Notes: generated by a model not told the origin, from the sequence alone. Counted from the first letter of the stretch, positions 13,155-46,326 are shown. The stretch: 64,000 bases of DNA from Sminthopsis crassicaudata (GCF_048593235.1 NC_133621.1:313419146-313483145), one strand, 5' to 3'. Made by a program: numbers and translations.

Positions 13155-14045
13155 ACCAGATGCACACACCCCACGGCAGTGGCTGCCAGGCTGCAGGCCT
13201 CGGAGATGCACACACCTCACGGCAGCCCTGCAGGCCTCCGAGATGCACACACCCCACGGCAGTGGCTGCCAGGCTGCAGGCCTCAGAGATGCACACACCT
13301 CACGGCAGCCCTGCAGGCCTCCGAGATGCACACACCCCACGGCAGTGGCTGCAGGGCTGCAGGCCTCCGAGAGGCACACACCTCAGTGGCTGCAGGGCTG
13401 CAGGCTGCAGGCCTCCCAGATGCACACACCTCAGGCAGTGGCTGCAGGGCTGCAGGCCTCGGAGATGCACACACCCCACGGCAGCCCTGCAGGCCTCCCA
13501 GATGCACACACCCCACGGCAGTGGCTGCAGGCTGCAGGCCTCCGAGAGGCACACACCCTATGGCAGTGGCTGCTGGGCTGGAGGCCTCCCAGATGCACAC
13601 ACCCCACGGCAGTGGCTGCAGGCTGCAGGCCTCCGAGAGGCACACACCCTATGGCAGTGGCTGCTGGGCTGGAGGCCTCCCAGATGCACACACCTCAGTG
13701 GCTGCAGGGCTGCAGGCCTCCCAGATGCACACACCTCAGTGGCTGCAGGCTGCAGGCCTCCCAGATGCACACACCCTATGGCAGTGGCTGCTGGGCTGGA
13801 GGCCTCCCAGATGCACACACCTCACGGCAGCCCTGCAGGCCTCCCAGATGCACACACCCCACGGCAGCCCTGCAGGCCTCCCAGATGCACACACCCCACG
13901 GCAGTGGCTGCAGGCTGCAGGCCTCCGAGAGGCACACACCCTATGGCAGTGGCTGCTGGGCTGGAGGCCTCCCAGATGCACACACCTCAGGCAGTGGCTG
14001 CAGGGCTGCAGGCCTCCGAGATGCACACACCCCACGGCCACTGCC
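13155..14045. repeat. GC-rich minisatellite, 21 units of about 37-46 bp (gcagtggctgcagggctgcaggcctccgagatgcacacaccccacg variants)
   Basis: Directly visible tandem units: 17 with TGCACAC and 4 with GGCACAC. It explains the stacked 311-331 aa repetitive ORFs in the track. Confidence 0.95.
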
Positions 14046-15724
14046 GGCCTGGAGGCCGCTGGGGGGCAGTTACTAGTTTCTCCTTAGAGACAGGGTAATT
14101 GACCGAAAAATCCCTGATGAACTGAGCCCTACGGAGCTAGGAGAGAGGAGAAAGGGAGATGCCGGAGAAATACTCAGCAGTTCTGTGTCCTACGATCCTG
14201 GGGCCAACATTGGGAGGGGGCAGGCTTGGCTGCTCCTTCTTGCACAGCCACTGCAAAGAGTTCCCAGAGACCCCTAATCCCTGTGATCTGGAAAATTGTG
14301 TGTCATCAGTGTCGTCCTGAGAGCAGACCCCTTTCCTCTGACTCCTCAGGAGTTCCTGGGCTAATTGCTGGGCCCTAGGCTACCTCAGTTTCCCCATTTG
14401 TAAATAATAACGTAAAAGTCGTACTCTGTAAGAAAACTGTGAGCCGCTCTCTCGGGGCTAATTTTTTGAGGCTGGTAAGGTGAGTAGCGGTCCCCCCTCC
14501 CCCCGCGTGAAGTCTTTGCTCTCTCCTGTGTAAGTGCTGCCAGCGGGCGGGATGATGAGCGCCTCTGGCCCTAAAGACCAATGGCTTTAGAATGGGAGGA
14601 CCTCTCTTCAGTTTCTGGGCGTGCGTTGCGCAATACCGGGGACTAAGTTTGGGAAAGTCAAACTGGGAGCGGCCCGAAGCAGGCGGCCCCCGAGGGCCGA
14701 TCCAGCAGCGCCGGAGATGGAGCGGCCCCCTTCCTCCCCGTTTAAGCCCGCTCCTTCCAGGGCCCAAAGCGGCAGAGGCGCGTGCTCGGTGGTCCCGGGG
14801 AAGGGAGCCGTCCGTCCATCCGCGCCGCTATCTCCGTGTAAAGGCTGCAGGATGTCAGCGGGCCGAATGGAGCCGACTCATCATCCCCGGGGGTTGTTAG
14901 GGGAAGACAACTACAGGGTCGTTAGAGAAACACTTCCTCGAGGCCCTCGGACGCTGAGCAGCGGGTGTCAGCGGCCTCCCGGAGGGAGAACACCCCGAGC
15001 CTCGAGCCGCACGGGGAGCCAGTAAGCTCCTGATCCAACAGAAGACTCCCGGCTTCAGAAGCGTCGGGAAGGCGGTCTCGGGGTTGTGGGGGCGTGGTTC
15101 AGGTTCTGTCAGAGAGGGGGCGGGGCCTGAGGGGAAGGGGCGGGGCTCTGAGAACCGAACGTTCTCATTCTGTTCCCAGAATTCTCCGAGCCGGGTGACT
15201 CCCACATATCCGTGTCTCCCGCTGCATTATGGGAAACGTAGTTCCGGAATTCAGTCTGCAGAGGTACGGGTGGGAGGGTGAACGAACCCTGCTCCCGGAG
15301 GAAAGGAGTGCGCGTGCGCGGGAGCCGGAATGCGCAAGCGTGATCGCGAGCGCCCAGATCTCTGCCTGCTCTTGCCAGCGTGGGTGTGTAAGTGGGCCCC
15401 GTGCCCCTCCCTTCTCGTCTCCCTCCCTTCGCGTCTCTCCCCCTTCCTGCGTCTGTCTCCGTCTCCAGCGGCCTCTCCCCCCACCCACGCCGCTGTCGCT
15501 CGCTGCCCGGGCACGCTGGGGCTGGCAGGCACGGTGCCCCGCGTGGGGGCCGGGCTGTGGGCGCTTGGCGGGGAAAGCGGGAGGCCGGAATCTGGACCCA
15601 GAGCCTCCCCCGCAGGCTGCCCGGGGAAGCCGCAGTTGCCTGGTCTGTCGGGGGAAGGGGGCGGACAGCTCCGGCCCTCTCCCCAGGATCCGGCGCCCGC
15701 AGCCACCGCGCCCCACTTGGCAAG

Positions 15725-24661
<8,937 letters not shown>

Positions 24662-25289
24662 AAATTTAAGTTAGATATGTACTCCCAGACATTACCTATT
24701 ACAAACTTCTTTTTTCAATCAAATTATTGTGGTACTGGCCCAAGAGTAAGAAGACAGATAGTGATATCTATCTAATAAAAAATAAGAGTGAAAAAGAGTA
24801 GTGTTTTGTAAACTCATAGTAGCAAAAATAAATAAATAAATAAAATAAAGTATTTGCTAGATTTACTTGGGGAAATTGATTAGCAGCATAGCAGAAAATG
24901 GACTTAGAACTACATATCAAGGCTCCTGATCTGTTGCCTCAAATACATATACACACACACATATATATATATATATGTAAAATGAACTAAAAGTAGGGAG
25001 AGGGATAAAACAGAATTATGCAGTTGTTTCAGTTGTAGAATTAAGAAAATGTTCTATTAAATAATTAGAAAGATCAAGTTAAGATGTGTTTGAGGATTTA
25101 AAAAATAGAAAAATATGAAAGCAATATAGCCAAAGTTAAAAAAAAAAAGTTGCAAAAAAAAAGCTAATATTAAATATTATTGATAAGTATGAAAAGAACA
25201 AAATCTACAAAGGTAGGTCTTGGTCAACAATGGATAAATGGTCAATAGGTATGAAGAGATGATTATCAAATTGCTAATAACATGATTAT

Positions 25290-25410
25290 ATATGTTGAAC
25301 ACCAGCCCTGAAGTCAGGAGAACCCAAGTTCAAATCTCAACTCAGACAATTAACACTTCTTAGTTGGGTGACCCTGGGCAAGTCACAACCCCAATTGCCT
25401 CAGAGGGGGA
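25290..25410 (+). mobile_element. Marsupial core-SINE
   Basis: ccctgaagtcaggagaacccaagttcaaatc...gtgaccctgggcaagtcac. Confidence 0.65.
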
Positions 25411-28400
25411 AAATTATATATGTTAAGGTTTTGAGACACTCATCAAATTTTCAAAGAAAATATTTATTAGAAACAGTGCTTGTGAAATTGAAGAAGAGAG
25501 ATTAATAATAGATTTTTTTAGAATGCATTTTCTCAGTACACGGTAAATGTCACCAAAAAGCATTTTGATTGATCATTGCATTGAAAGGGTTATCAAAAAT
25601 AATGGAGCTATCTGGTCAAAGATTTTAACATTTCATATTCATTTGTAATAAAAAGAACAGGAAGCCCGAATTATCTATCAATAGGATGTTAAATTATGAG
25701 TCATTGTACAATTAAAATTAAAACAGAAAACTTTGAGGAATATGATGAATGTTGATGAAGTCTTTATATAACAAGGACAGAGTAACAAGCAATGGTCACA
25801 ATAGGTACTACCATGTAAGGGTGATTAGAATGGAAGAACAAAAATTTGAAGGGGACTTGTGCATATTCAGGTTCAGCCTGTAAGTGGCTGTGTAGTATTA
25901 CTGTTTTATAGGAAGTGATAAATATGTTGAATGCAGAAGTACATGGAAAAACAATTGAACTGATTCAAAGATGACTACGCAGAATTGGGGGGGGGGGGGC
26001 GGGGACATCAGTAGTGGAAATGAAAGTAACAAACAAGATGATGAAAAAAATTTTAGTGCTATGAAATTATACTGACCAGGGTTGGCTTCAAAGATGTGAT
26101 TTCAGTCTCTTATACTCTCATACATTGTCATGATGGAAATCTATAATAAAAATCAAGGCAAAAAAGTTTTGTGCCTAATCAGTCAATTAGCAAAGGTAAC
26201 AGTTGCCAATAAATTAGGCCATTGGCTCCTTAGTCATAGACAAACTGAGGAGCCAATAATAAACAAAAAATAATAATAATAATAAACAAAGGTTATTTTT
26301 ATAGTCATAAAAGAGGAATGGGAAAAATGCAAATTCTTAGACAACTTCTTTGAATTCTGATTGGATGGTGTTTGATGCTTGACTTGAGGTTAAACTGGCT
26401 ACATGCTGGAATGTTCTGAGGTTAGCTAGGCACTATTGCCAATATTTGAGGTGTAAGCACATTGGCATAAATGATAATTATCATTTGTGAATGATAATTA
26501 TCAATCTGGTCACAGTTTTACCTCAGTCTTGATGTGGAATTACTATGCTAACTGATAAGTGATATTACTTGCAGTAAATACTACAGAGAGTGTTTTAACT
26601 TAGCCGACTATAAGAGGCAACTTGAAATGGGGAAATAATAATTCCAACTCAGTTTTGCAGGGGCTTAGCTCTACCAAAAAAAGTAACTTAATCTCTGCTA
26701 TATCTCTTAGTCTAAAAGTTATCTATACCTAAGTTTTATATGTTAAAATAAAGATAATCAGTATTGAATTAATTAAGAATTATTTCTTAGAATATTCCTA
26801 CCACTTTGCAGAGATGGGGTAATATGGGTGTGGAAGAGTATATAAAATTGCCAATTTTTTTTGATATGTTGGTTTTGCTGAATTATTTCTTTTTTTTCTC
26901 TGTTATAAGGGGTAGCTCTCTGGGAGCAGTTCAGGGAAGGATACATTGGAAAATGTAAGTGATATAAGTGCAAACTATCAATAAAAATTATTTTAAAATG
27001 TAAAGCATTTCTGCGTCAAGTTAATTAGTTGTATTAATATTTCCATTTAAGTTTAATCACTTAAAAAGAATTCTTGCAAAATATATGAATAAGCTTTTCA
27101 TAAACAGTGTATACTGAAGGAAAAAACCCTCGAAATTATGCATGTAAAAACCTTAGGTGACAACTCATTCCTTATGCTGCATCAGAAAAATTATAATGTA
27201 AACAAATCTCATTAATGTGATAGGAAAAAAGACCTCCCTTGGCAGTTTGCAATTTATTGAAATGTGAGAAATCACATCAGTAAGATAAAGCCAATGAAGA
27301 TAATGGGAAAGCCTATCCCTAACCAATCCCTGAAATGCATCAGAAGTCACAGTAAGAATCATCAGGGTATGAATTTAGGGCTGGAAGAGACCTTATAGCT
27401 TCCTTTATTCCAACTCCTTCATTTTACAGATTAGAAACAGGTAAAAATAAGCAGTTGCTCCTTTCTAGACAGGATACAGGGTACCTGCCAGCATGTGCCC
27501 TACTGCTAAATCCATCTCTCCAGAATGGATACCACTGGGCCTGTGCAGATAATGTCCCTTTCCCCTCAGTCCAGAATGGAGAGGGAGCAAAAAATTATTA
27601 AATAAATGCCTATCATGGGCCAGGCACTTTGCAAATATTTACAAATATTTTCACAGTAACCCTGTGAAGCAATTATGATCCCCCTTTTAAAGTTGAGGAA
27701 ACTGATAAATATAAAGGTTAAGTGATTTAGAGTCACATAACTAGTAAGTGTCTGATACTAGATTCCAATTTAGAACTCCAGACCTAGCTGTGATAGCCTC
27801 GCACCCCCTTCCACAACAGAACTAGTCATTTAATTGTGAAAATGAAAGAATCATTTTTCCTAAAAACATTCAACTAGTCTTTAACAGTCTTTAAGATTTT
27901 TAAAGCCTTTTCTGTCATCAACCCTTTGGCAGTTTGTTGAAACCTATTGACCCCTTTTGGGAATGATTTTATGCAAAATTCACAAACTAAGCTTAAGGTT
28001 CATAAAGAGAAGATACAGTTTTTCCCCATACAAGTTTGTGGATTCCTTGAAATTAGAATCCCTGCCCTAAGGAGTTTACAGCCTGATCAAATGTGAACTG
28101 GAGATATTTCTGTTGAGATAGTCAAGTGTTCTTTATCTTTGACTATTATCCTAATCTAATTGAAGAAGATTTAGTCCTTTCAAACTGAGCAGATCTCTGC
28201 TTTTAGAAACTGGCTAGGCTTTTAATAAGAATGATGTAAAAAGATTTCAGTGTAGCAAATTTTTCAAAAAATGAATAGCTATATGGTATAGTGAATAGAG
28301 TGCTTAGTCAGGAGTCAGGAAGATTTCAGACACTAATGTGGCCCTGGCCAAGTGACTTCATCCTGTCTGCCTCAATTTTCTCATTAAAATAAGCCCCATT

Positions 28401-31400
28401 GTAAAGAGTGCTCCAACATCTTTGTCAAGAAAACCTCAAATGGAGTAGAAGGTTGGACCCAACTGAAAAATTATGAAACAAAAAATAAAAATTTTTCAGG
28501 AAGGGAACATTTTACTAGCAAATGATAATGAGGAAATGAACATAAGTCTCATTTCAAGGGATTTATATTCTGGCAGAAATAGTATGTGTGCAGAAAAATG
28601 GAGGAGGTGGCAAGCTGACTGGTTCCAGGGCCCAAAAAACTGGATTCAAAATTCCACTTTTCTGCTTCCTACTTCTATGGTCCTAGACAACTGGTTTCAT
28701 GCCAATTCCTCATTTGTAAAATGAAGGCCAGGTGGCCTCTTAGGCATTTTCCTCTGTCTCTCATTCCTAAAATACTTAACAGGAGAAGTTCAAACATCTA
28801 GCAAATTTAAGAGCAGCCTAATAGGCTAACTGACAAAGAATGGAAATAAACAGCTCTTTAAAATGAAGAAAAAAAAAAAAAAAACTTCTCTCTATAAAAA
28901 GTTGTGCTGTGTCACTAATGAAAGAAAAGCTAATCAAAATCACTCTGAGGTTTCACTTCATACCCAGCAAATTAGCCAAGGTGAACCCCCGCCAAAGAAA
29001 TTCAGGGGGGTGGAGTAGAGAAGATTACTGTTTGAGGAATTGTAAGAAGAAAGAAAGAAATACAATTGTTGGACCTATAAATTGGAAAAGCAATTTGGAA
29101 TGATGTTAAGAATGTGATTCAGTTGTTCATATCTTTTGACTCAGAACTCTCATCACTAAAAGCCTAAGGAGGTCAAAGATAGAAAGGGTCTATATACACA
29201 AAAATACTTACAACAGCACTTCACGATTAAAACAAAATAACTAGAAACAAGATCATTTTTTATCAATTGGGGAATGGATAGTATAAAATAATGACTAAAG
29301 AATTCAAAGCATCAAAGGAAGACATGAATTGAAGCAGAGTAAGGCAAGTAGACCCAAAAAAACCCAAAACCAATAACATCAATGTATATTGTCAACTGAA
29401 TAGGGAACAGGAACTGGCCTCTAATTTGTGGTTGGCAACTTAAGAGACTTTACTCATTATCTAAAACCATCAGCAAGCTTTATTTGTAGACATGCTTTAT
29501 GTCAAGCAAGGGAAAACCCCATTTGTACCTATATTTTCAAATGGCTTTAATAGACATGAATGTTGTACTTTATCAAAAGCTTTTTCTTTTGTTTTTACCC
29601 TTCTGATTTTAGGTAACGGTATAAGTATCATATTTGTCTCATAAGAAGAGTTTGGTAGGCCTATTGTTCCAAATAGTTTACTTAAAGTTGGAATTAGTTG
29701 ATCTTTAAATATTTAATAGCCTTTACTCTGGTCCTAGTGCTTTTTCTTAGGAAGTATATTTATAGCCTGTTCTGCCTTTTAAAATTATCAGGCAAATACT
29801 TTAAAAATGGGAAAATAATTTCACTTTTTTTTCTACCATTATCAACACAACCTATGTGTAAAATCCTTCATCCAAATTTGAGAATAAATTACTAGATATA
29901 CTGACAGTTTGAATTTCTATGATGAATTTTAGAACCCAATCACATACACATGTACTTACAAAAAAAATACTGTAATATTGCTTTCTCAAATTTATTATTC
30001 CATTTATTAAAACTTCCATATATATCTTTATCTTATTACCTTGTATAAGCATTTCTCTTTTATGAGCATATTACCCCTCTATTATACTTTGACCACAAAA
30101 ATAGGTTAAATTGTAAGATCGGTATACTTGAATTCTATTATCAACTCAGAGATATTCCAGAATCAATCTATTATTTAAGATTTAGTGTTGTATTTAAACT
30201 TCTTTATTATAGAAGTTTGGTATAAAAGGAAAAGAAGGGACAGTGTTAAAATAATATCATATATCATATCCAGAGGGAAAAACTGCCTTAGCTCTGTTTG
30301 ATTCCAGGTATGAGTCATATCTGATAGGCAATCATGTAGTCACAGTGTAAGGCTCAGGATTAACCAAGGGCAAATATTCCTTTTCAGAAAGGGAAATAGA
30401 ACATTGAGGAAATACAGTGCCTAAATCATCACCAGAACTTTTCCCACGAGCACTTTCCAGACTGCAGCACATGCCATTTTCTTTTAATGGCTTCAAGACA
30501 ATTCAGACAACTATCCCTATAAACAGAGCCCTCCCCCCACCCCCAGTAAATTTCAGGTCCAGCAATTGTTGCATTAAGCACTTCACAGTCATTAGATCAC
30601 TTTGATCCACAGCAACAACCCTGGGAGGTGGGTATCATTATTTTTCTTTTTACAAATCAGGAAACTGAGGCAGAGATAAAATAACTTGCCTAGAGTACAC
30701 AGCTACCTGACCAGGGAAGATGGGCTCAGCAGGGGCCCAGGCTGGCTAGTTTCTCTAGATGGTACTGCCACAGGAGATGCTGCCAGGGGCCCACAGAGCC
30801 TCCCAGGACCTGCCAGGGTTCTAGGCTTGACAAAGACACAGACTAACTTGCCATGTGGGGCTGGGGTAGCCAGTGCCAGAACCTTCCTTTTGGTGGTAAT
30901 TCCTGATGGTAGGGCAAAGAGGATTCTGGCTGCGGGTCTGGCACGGCCCCTTGATACTTGCTGTTACTGGGGCAGGGACGGCACAGAGCCATCGGGGTCC
31001 TGCCAATGTGGGGCCCCCCTGGGACTCCTGCCCCCACCTCCAGCACATGGAGCATAGTGGCAGGCCAGCTTCCCACGTTCTCTATCTGATCACAGGTGAG
31101 AGGGAGCAAGGACCACACGGATGATGCTCTCCCGGCTCCTGGGGAGGGGGATTCGCTGAGTGCCCCCTCCTCTGAGCAGCCTCCCGGAGACTACCATGCC
31201 AAGCAGGAATGGTCCCGATGCCACTGCTGCGGTGCTTCCCCTTCCTGCACCCTTCTCCCCTTGGGTCTACATTGGCTCCTTGGACAGGATTTCTTTCCAT
31301 AAAAGCAAACTCCAATTTGTGCCTCTTGTTTAAAGGGATGGAAGAGACCCGCAGCCTGACCGTACCTGGGGGCCAAAGTCAGATGTCACCATAAAGAAGC

Positions 31401-31995
31401 TGGGGAAGGGGGCAACCGGGGTGACAAGAGGCGCAATCTGCGCCCCCTCCCTTCCCTCTCTGGGTTTGGACATCACTTCCAAGAAGGTCTCCCCTTTACT
31501 ACAGTGAACAGACACTGCCCATAGAGGAGGGGGGCATATGTGTATTATGTCAGCTTATTTTCCCCAGAGAAGGGCCTTGGAACATATGAGGGGGGCAGAG
31601 GGGGGGTCTGGAGGTTTGTGTTCTACAATCAGCTCTCACTCTCTCCATCTCTCTAGTCCCGCTGGAGGCTGTGGGTGGTACAGAGTGCAGCCCCTGGGGA
31701 GGGCCCACCTCCCCTGTCCTTGTTGGGGACTGGGGGCTCATCTAAGAATGGAGGAGGGAAACTGACCTGGCTGAGGATGAGGAGCAGGATTTAGGGCTGG
31801 GGAAGGGCAGGATGTGTGTCCAGTCATAAGGTCCCCAAAAAGGACCCTGCCCGGTGACCATGAAGACTGGGACAGAGGCCGGAGGTGAACATGACAGGCC
31901 TGCGGTGGGGGCAGAGGGAACGGTCTGGGCAGTGGCGATGGGGAAATCGGGCATCTCTCTCAGTCTCTTCTCCCCCAAATAATACCCCTTGAGAC

Positions 31996-36130
<4,135 letters not shown>

Positions 36131-37379
36131 TGCTTATAATAGATAATATTTTTAATAGAGCCTTAAGTTTTGCTTTGTGATTTCTGTGAATTATCTCATT
36201 TGAGCCTATGAATATACTGTGTGTAGTAAGGAAAAGACTTTACCCAATGTGCATCCTATGTATCCTTTTTCACTATTAGAAAATTAATACAAAAAAGAAA
36301 TCACAAAATCTGAAGGCAGACTTTCACTCTCACATAGTAAAACATGTTACATTTTTTCCCATTAAAATGATGCATGCATGGATGGGGTGGGAACTAGGGT
36401 TGGTGAGAAGGGGAAAGAATAGAAGGAAAGAAACAATAATTATCAGTCACTCAACAAAATATAAATGAAAGTTTAACATCAACAAACCTATAGAAAATAA
36501 AAGCCTAGTGAAAGATTCAGTACTTAACAAAAGTCTTTGAGATAATTAAAAAACAATTTTATAGAAAGTAGATTTAGAACCATTTCTCACACTGTAAGCC
36601 TTCCAGTTCATCCTAAAAATGTGTGTGGAATGAACTATAAACTATAAAAAGAAGTGGATTTTTGTACTTATCTCAGTTTTTGAGGGAAGATGTTCCATTC
36701 TAAAAGTTGGAGTTATTAGATAAAAGGGTATATGTGTTACATGGTGTGGAAATTTTAAAAATAACTAAAGTTTTACAACAAAAGTAAACTTTGACAAAAA
36801 ATATTGGGAAAACTGGGAAATGTTTTGACAGAAATTAGATCTCTCATGTAAATCTTCTGTCATCTGCCACAAGAAACTCCAAATGGACACATGTGTCCCA
36901 TAAGGTTACAGTATAAATGAATTAGAGAGGAAAGAAGAACAATCCAGAGTGTTACAGAAGACAAAAATGAATAATTTTGATAGATAAAATTCAAAGGGAT
37001 TTTCATAAACAAATCTAATAGTCATTATTAGCTGGGAAACATATGAGAAAAATCTCCATCATTTTTTCTCATAAAAATCTTATAAACAAAATGTATAAGG
37101 AAGTGATTCTAATTTAACAGATTAACAAACATTTCCCAATAGTTCAAGGAAATGAAAAGGAAGTTTTCAAAGGAATAACCATATGAAAAAATTCTAAGAA
37201 ACAGTAGAAATGAAAAAAAGGTGAAAATAGTATGCTTTGATCCATATTAATTCTCCATAGCTTTCTCTCTCTGGATACAGATGGCATTTTCCAGCCTAAG
37301 TCTATTGAAATTGCCATGCAAGTCGCTTAAACCCAGCCTCAAAAAAAAAAAAAAAAAAAAAAAAAAAAGAAATTGCCAT

Positions 37380-37915
37380 GGATCACTGCAGGGTTGAGAA
37401 GTCAAGTCCATCACAGTTAATCATCACAGTCTTGTTACTGTGTAACATGTTCTCTTGGTTCTGCTTGCTTCACTCAGCAGCAGTTCATGTAAATCTTTCT
37501 AGGCTTTTCCAAAATCTACCTGCTCACCATCCTTTATAGAAGAATAATATTCCACTACATTCATATACCATAACTTATTCAGCCATTCCCCAATTGATAG
37601 GTATCCACTCATTTTCCAAACATTTTTGTACATGTGGGTCCTTAACACCTCTTTCATGGTCTCATTGAGACAGACCAAGTAACAACACTGTTGGATCAAA
37701 GGGTATGAACAGTTTTATAATCCTTTGGGCATAATTCCAAATTGCTCTCCAGAGTGGTTGGATCATTTCACAACTTTATCAACAATACAGTAGTGTCCCA
37801 GTTTTCCCACATCCCCTTCACATTAATTTTCACATTCTCTTTTCCTTTCATCTTAGCCAATCTGAGAGGAATGAAGTGGTAACTCAGAGTAGTCTCAATT
37901 TGTATTTCTCTAATC
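37380..37915 (-). mobile_element. L1 3' region, antisense
   Basis: ttcagccattccccaattgat...attgctctccagagtggttggatc is the reverse of the L1 ORF2 3' end. Confidence 0.7.
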
Positions 37916-39489
37916 AATAGTGATTTAGAGCACTTAGAAAATAACAAATGATTGGCTCAGGAATATTTGAAAACTCATTTGGAATAATGCCCCCAAAGTT
38001 ACTAAACTGTACATATTCTTTGATCTTGTGATGCCATTACTGTGATCAAGGAAGATCAAAAAAGAACAGATCCTACATATACAAAATTATTTACAACAAT
38101 TAATTTTGTGGTGATAGTATTTCAGAATCTAATTAGAATCTAATGGAGTGCTCATCATTTGGTTAATGGCTAAACAAATTAAGGTATATCAATGTAATGA
38201 AATATTATGGTATTTTTAAAAACAAAGAAATGATTTCAAAGTGACCTTCAAAGACATGTATGAAGTGATAAATAGGGAAATGGGCAGAAATAGGAGAATA
38301 ATTTATAACAAAAATTATCAAATCTGAAACACAAGAATTCTGGTCTGTTATTGTTTGTCCTTTTTCAAAGAGGACCAATGACAACATGGTTGGTCTCGTT
38401 TCAAACATGAATTGGATTTGCATAAAGTCATCAGCCTCACTCTCTCCTCCTGAGTCATTAAAGTCTAGGGACAAGACAAAAGTCAGGATAATGGAGAAGA
38501 TTGAGGAGGCAGTGAACGACCTAGGCATGTTCAGTGACTGACCAAACTGTCAGTGCTCCACAGACCCTGCTTCTTTCGCCTTCCTGGCCATTGGAACAAA
38601 TTGTTCTCATCTTCCCATTCTGTCTGGGGAAGCTTTCATGGACTTGGGATGGATACTCTCCCTCCAGCTCACCAGATGGTTGGAGGACCCTTGGCTACCT
38701 TCACCCTGGTTTAGGTGGATGGCAGATACAGTTTTAGGGGGTATGACCCGCTGGGCATGCTACAGCTTCTAGGAGCCACAGGTGAGAGCAGGGGAACAGG
38801 TACACACCAAAGGCAGAGGAGCAGGCCTCCCCCCAGAAGTGCCAGCGCTCCCCACACACCCCATCCACTCACACAAAAGATGACTGCCAATTCACAGCTG
38901 GATTATAAAGGGAGTCTAATCCCCACAGGGATTCTGTTGCCAAATGTTGCCAATGTTGCCAACAGCAAACAAAAAGGTTACTTCTTTTGCTGTGTGTGTA
39001 TTGTTTTCTCCTTGTAGTTATTAAGAGAGGAAGAGGTTCAGAAGGCGTGGCAGGAAGGAGAGGAGTGACTGGTTCACCTTGTTTCCATTTTGTTTCATTT
39101 TGTTTCCATTGAATAGCCCAGGGTCGTTTGTAACTTTGTTTCATCAGCACCTCACACAGTATCTGACATGTAACCAACTAGTCCTTAGGAAATTGACTAA
39201 TTACCCAGAAGCACAGTTAATTTCCGGGCACTGACTTAGGAGAAATCGTCACTTAGAACTAGGGCTAAGTTCTTGGACGAGCCTTGTAGTTCAAGCCTAT
39301 CAATGGACCCAAATGGGGCACTTCCAAAGATGGACTGCCCTTCCATGAGCCTAATAAAGCTCATGTTTAGGGAGCTTTTGAAGTCTACATTCTCTTATTT
39401 GATTCAAGGGAAGGGGAAGAAGGGCCTCGTGGCCCCAGGAAACGAGCTGCTATCTGCAAAAGGAAGGCCCTCATCTGTCAGAAGTTAAG

Positions 39490-40160
39490 GAGAGGCTGAC
39501 GTGCTCCCTGGGAAGCCCGGGGCTCCGTGCTCCACCACCCTTCCCCAGGCCGCTCTACTCACCACTCCTCCTCCACTGCCGTTAAAACCCCGCCTCTACT
39601 CCCCCTCTCCGCCCCAACACCGTGAAGTGGACACCCACAGCGCATTAGGAAAGAAACTCTGCGAATGGGTCCTATGCAAACGGTTTCCATTTTCCCCACC
39701 ATCCGAACTTCATTTCCCAGAAGGCTGTGCGGGGTCAAGTGGTCCAAAGCTCATAGCATTGTGGGAGGGGTCATTGAGTACTCTCAGCGCACTTGCGTAA
39801 TTCCGCTTTGGCCCCGGAGTTTGGAAGAGTGGATAATTGAGAGGCGGGTGCCCGGCAGTCCCACATGCCCGTGTGTCTGGGCGCGCGCTCCCAGGTTTGG
39901 CGGTGCGTCATTGATTTGGGAGCCTGATGCTGGCTGTGTGTGTGTCCCCCATTCTGTCCATGACTCCCTAGAGCTCTGTCTGACATCCTACTGTGTGACC
40001 GGGGCGACCCTCCCTAGCAGCCCGGGAGGGGTGTCACCCCATTTTACAGAAGGGGAAACTGAGGCAGGCCGGGCCCCAGTGTCTGAGATTGAAATGGAAC
40101 TCAGATCTCCAGAGTCCGGACTGTGGGAGACACTGTGCCCGTGTCCTGGTGGGAGGCGGG
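39490..40160. promoter_or_regulatory. CpG-rich promoter region of ZNF-C
   Basis: Local CpG enrichment (ccccgcc GC boxes, gcgcgcgc) directly upstream of the ZNF-C 5' exons. Confidence 0.65.
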
Positions 40161-40567
40161 GGAAGGGGAGGTGTCTCTCTGTCCTAGGGGGGTTCTCTGA
40201 TTCTGTCTCTTGTCCTGCTGAGGACCTTGGGTGGGATGGATGCAGCCCTTGGGAGAGTCCATCTCTTCCGGCTGGGGGAGAGAGACACAGATCTGACGGG
40301 GAGACCTCTCCCTAGAGCTCTGGGCAGTGGCTGAGGAAGAGGAGCAAAATCTGAGGCCTTGGAGGGCCCCTAGGAGGAGGATCCGAGCCAGTGACTGTGG
40401 AGAGTAGGACAGAGGCCCGAGGTGAGCATGACAGGTCTGCTGTGGGGGGCAGGGAGGGAAGAGTCTGGGCAGGGGGACTTAGGGTAGTGCAGAGGCTGGG
40501 GGGAAAGGGGATGGGACTTTCCTCCTCAGCCTCTTCTTCTCCCCCAGACTCTGCCATCCCTCAAGAC

Positions 40568-46326
<5,759 letters not shown>

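Noticed and set aside
13155-14045. CRISPR-like repeat/spacer appearance
   Set aside because: Eukaryotic context, no unique spacers and no cas genes; it is a VNTR.
13092-14098. Three overlapping 311-331 aa ORFs on + and several on -
   Set aside because: These are by-products of a stop-free GC-rich minisatellite; there is no splice or promoter evidence and the translations are low complexity.
39665-40315. 216-aa ORF over the ZNF-C promoter
   Set aside because: No recognisable domain; spans promoter, MIR-like and intronic sequence.
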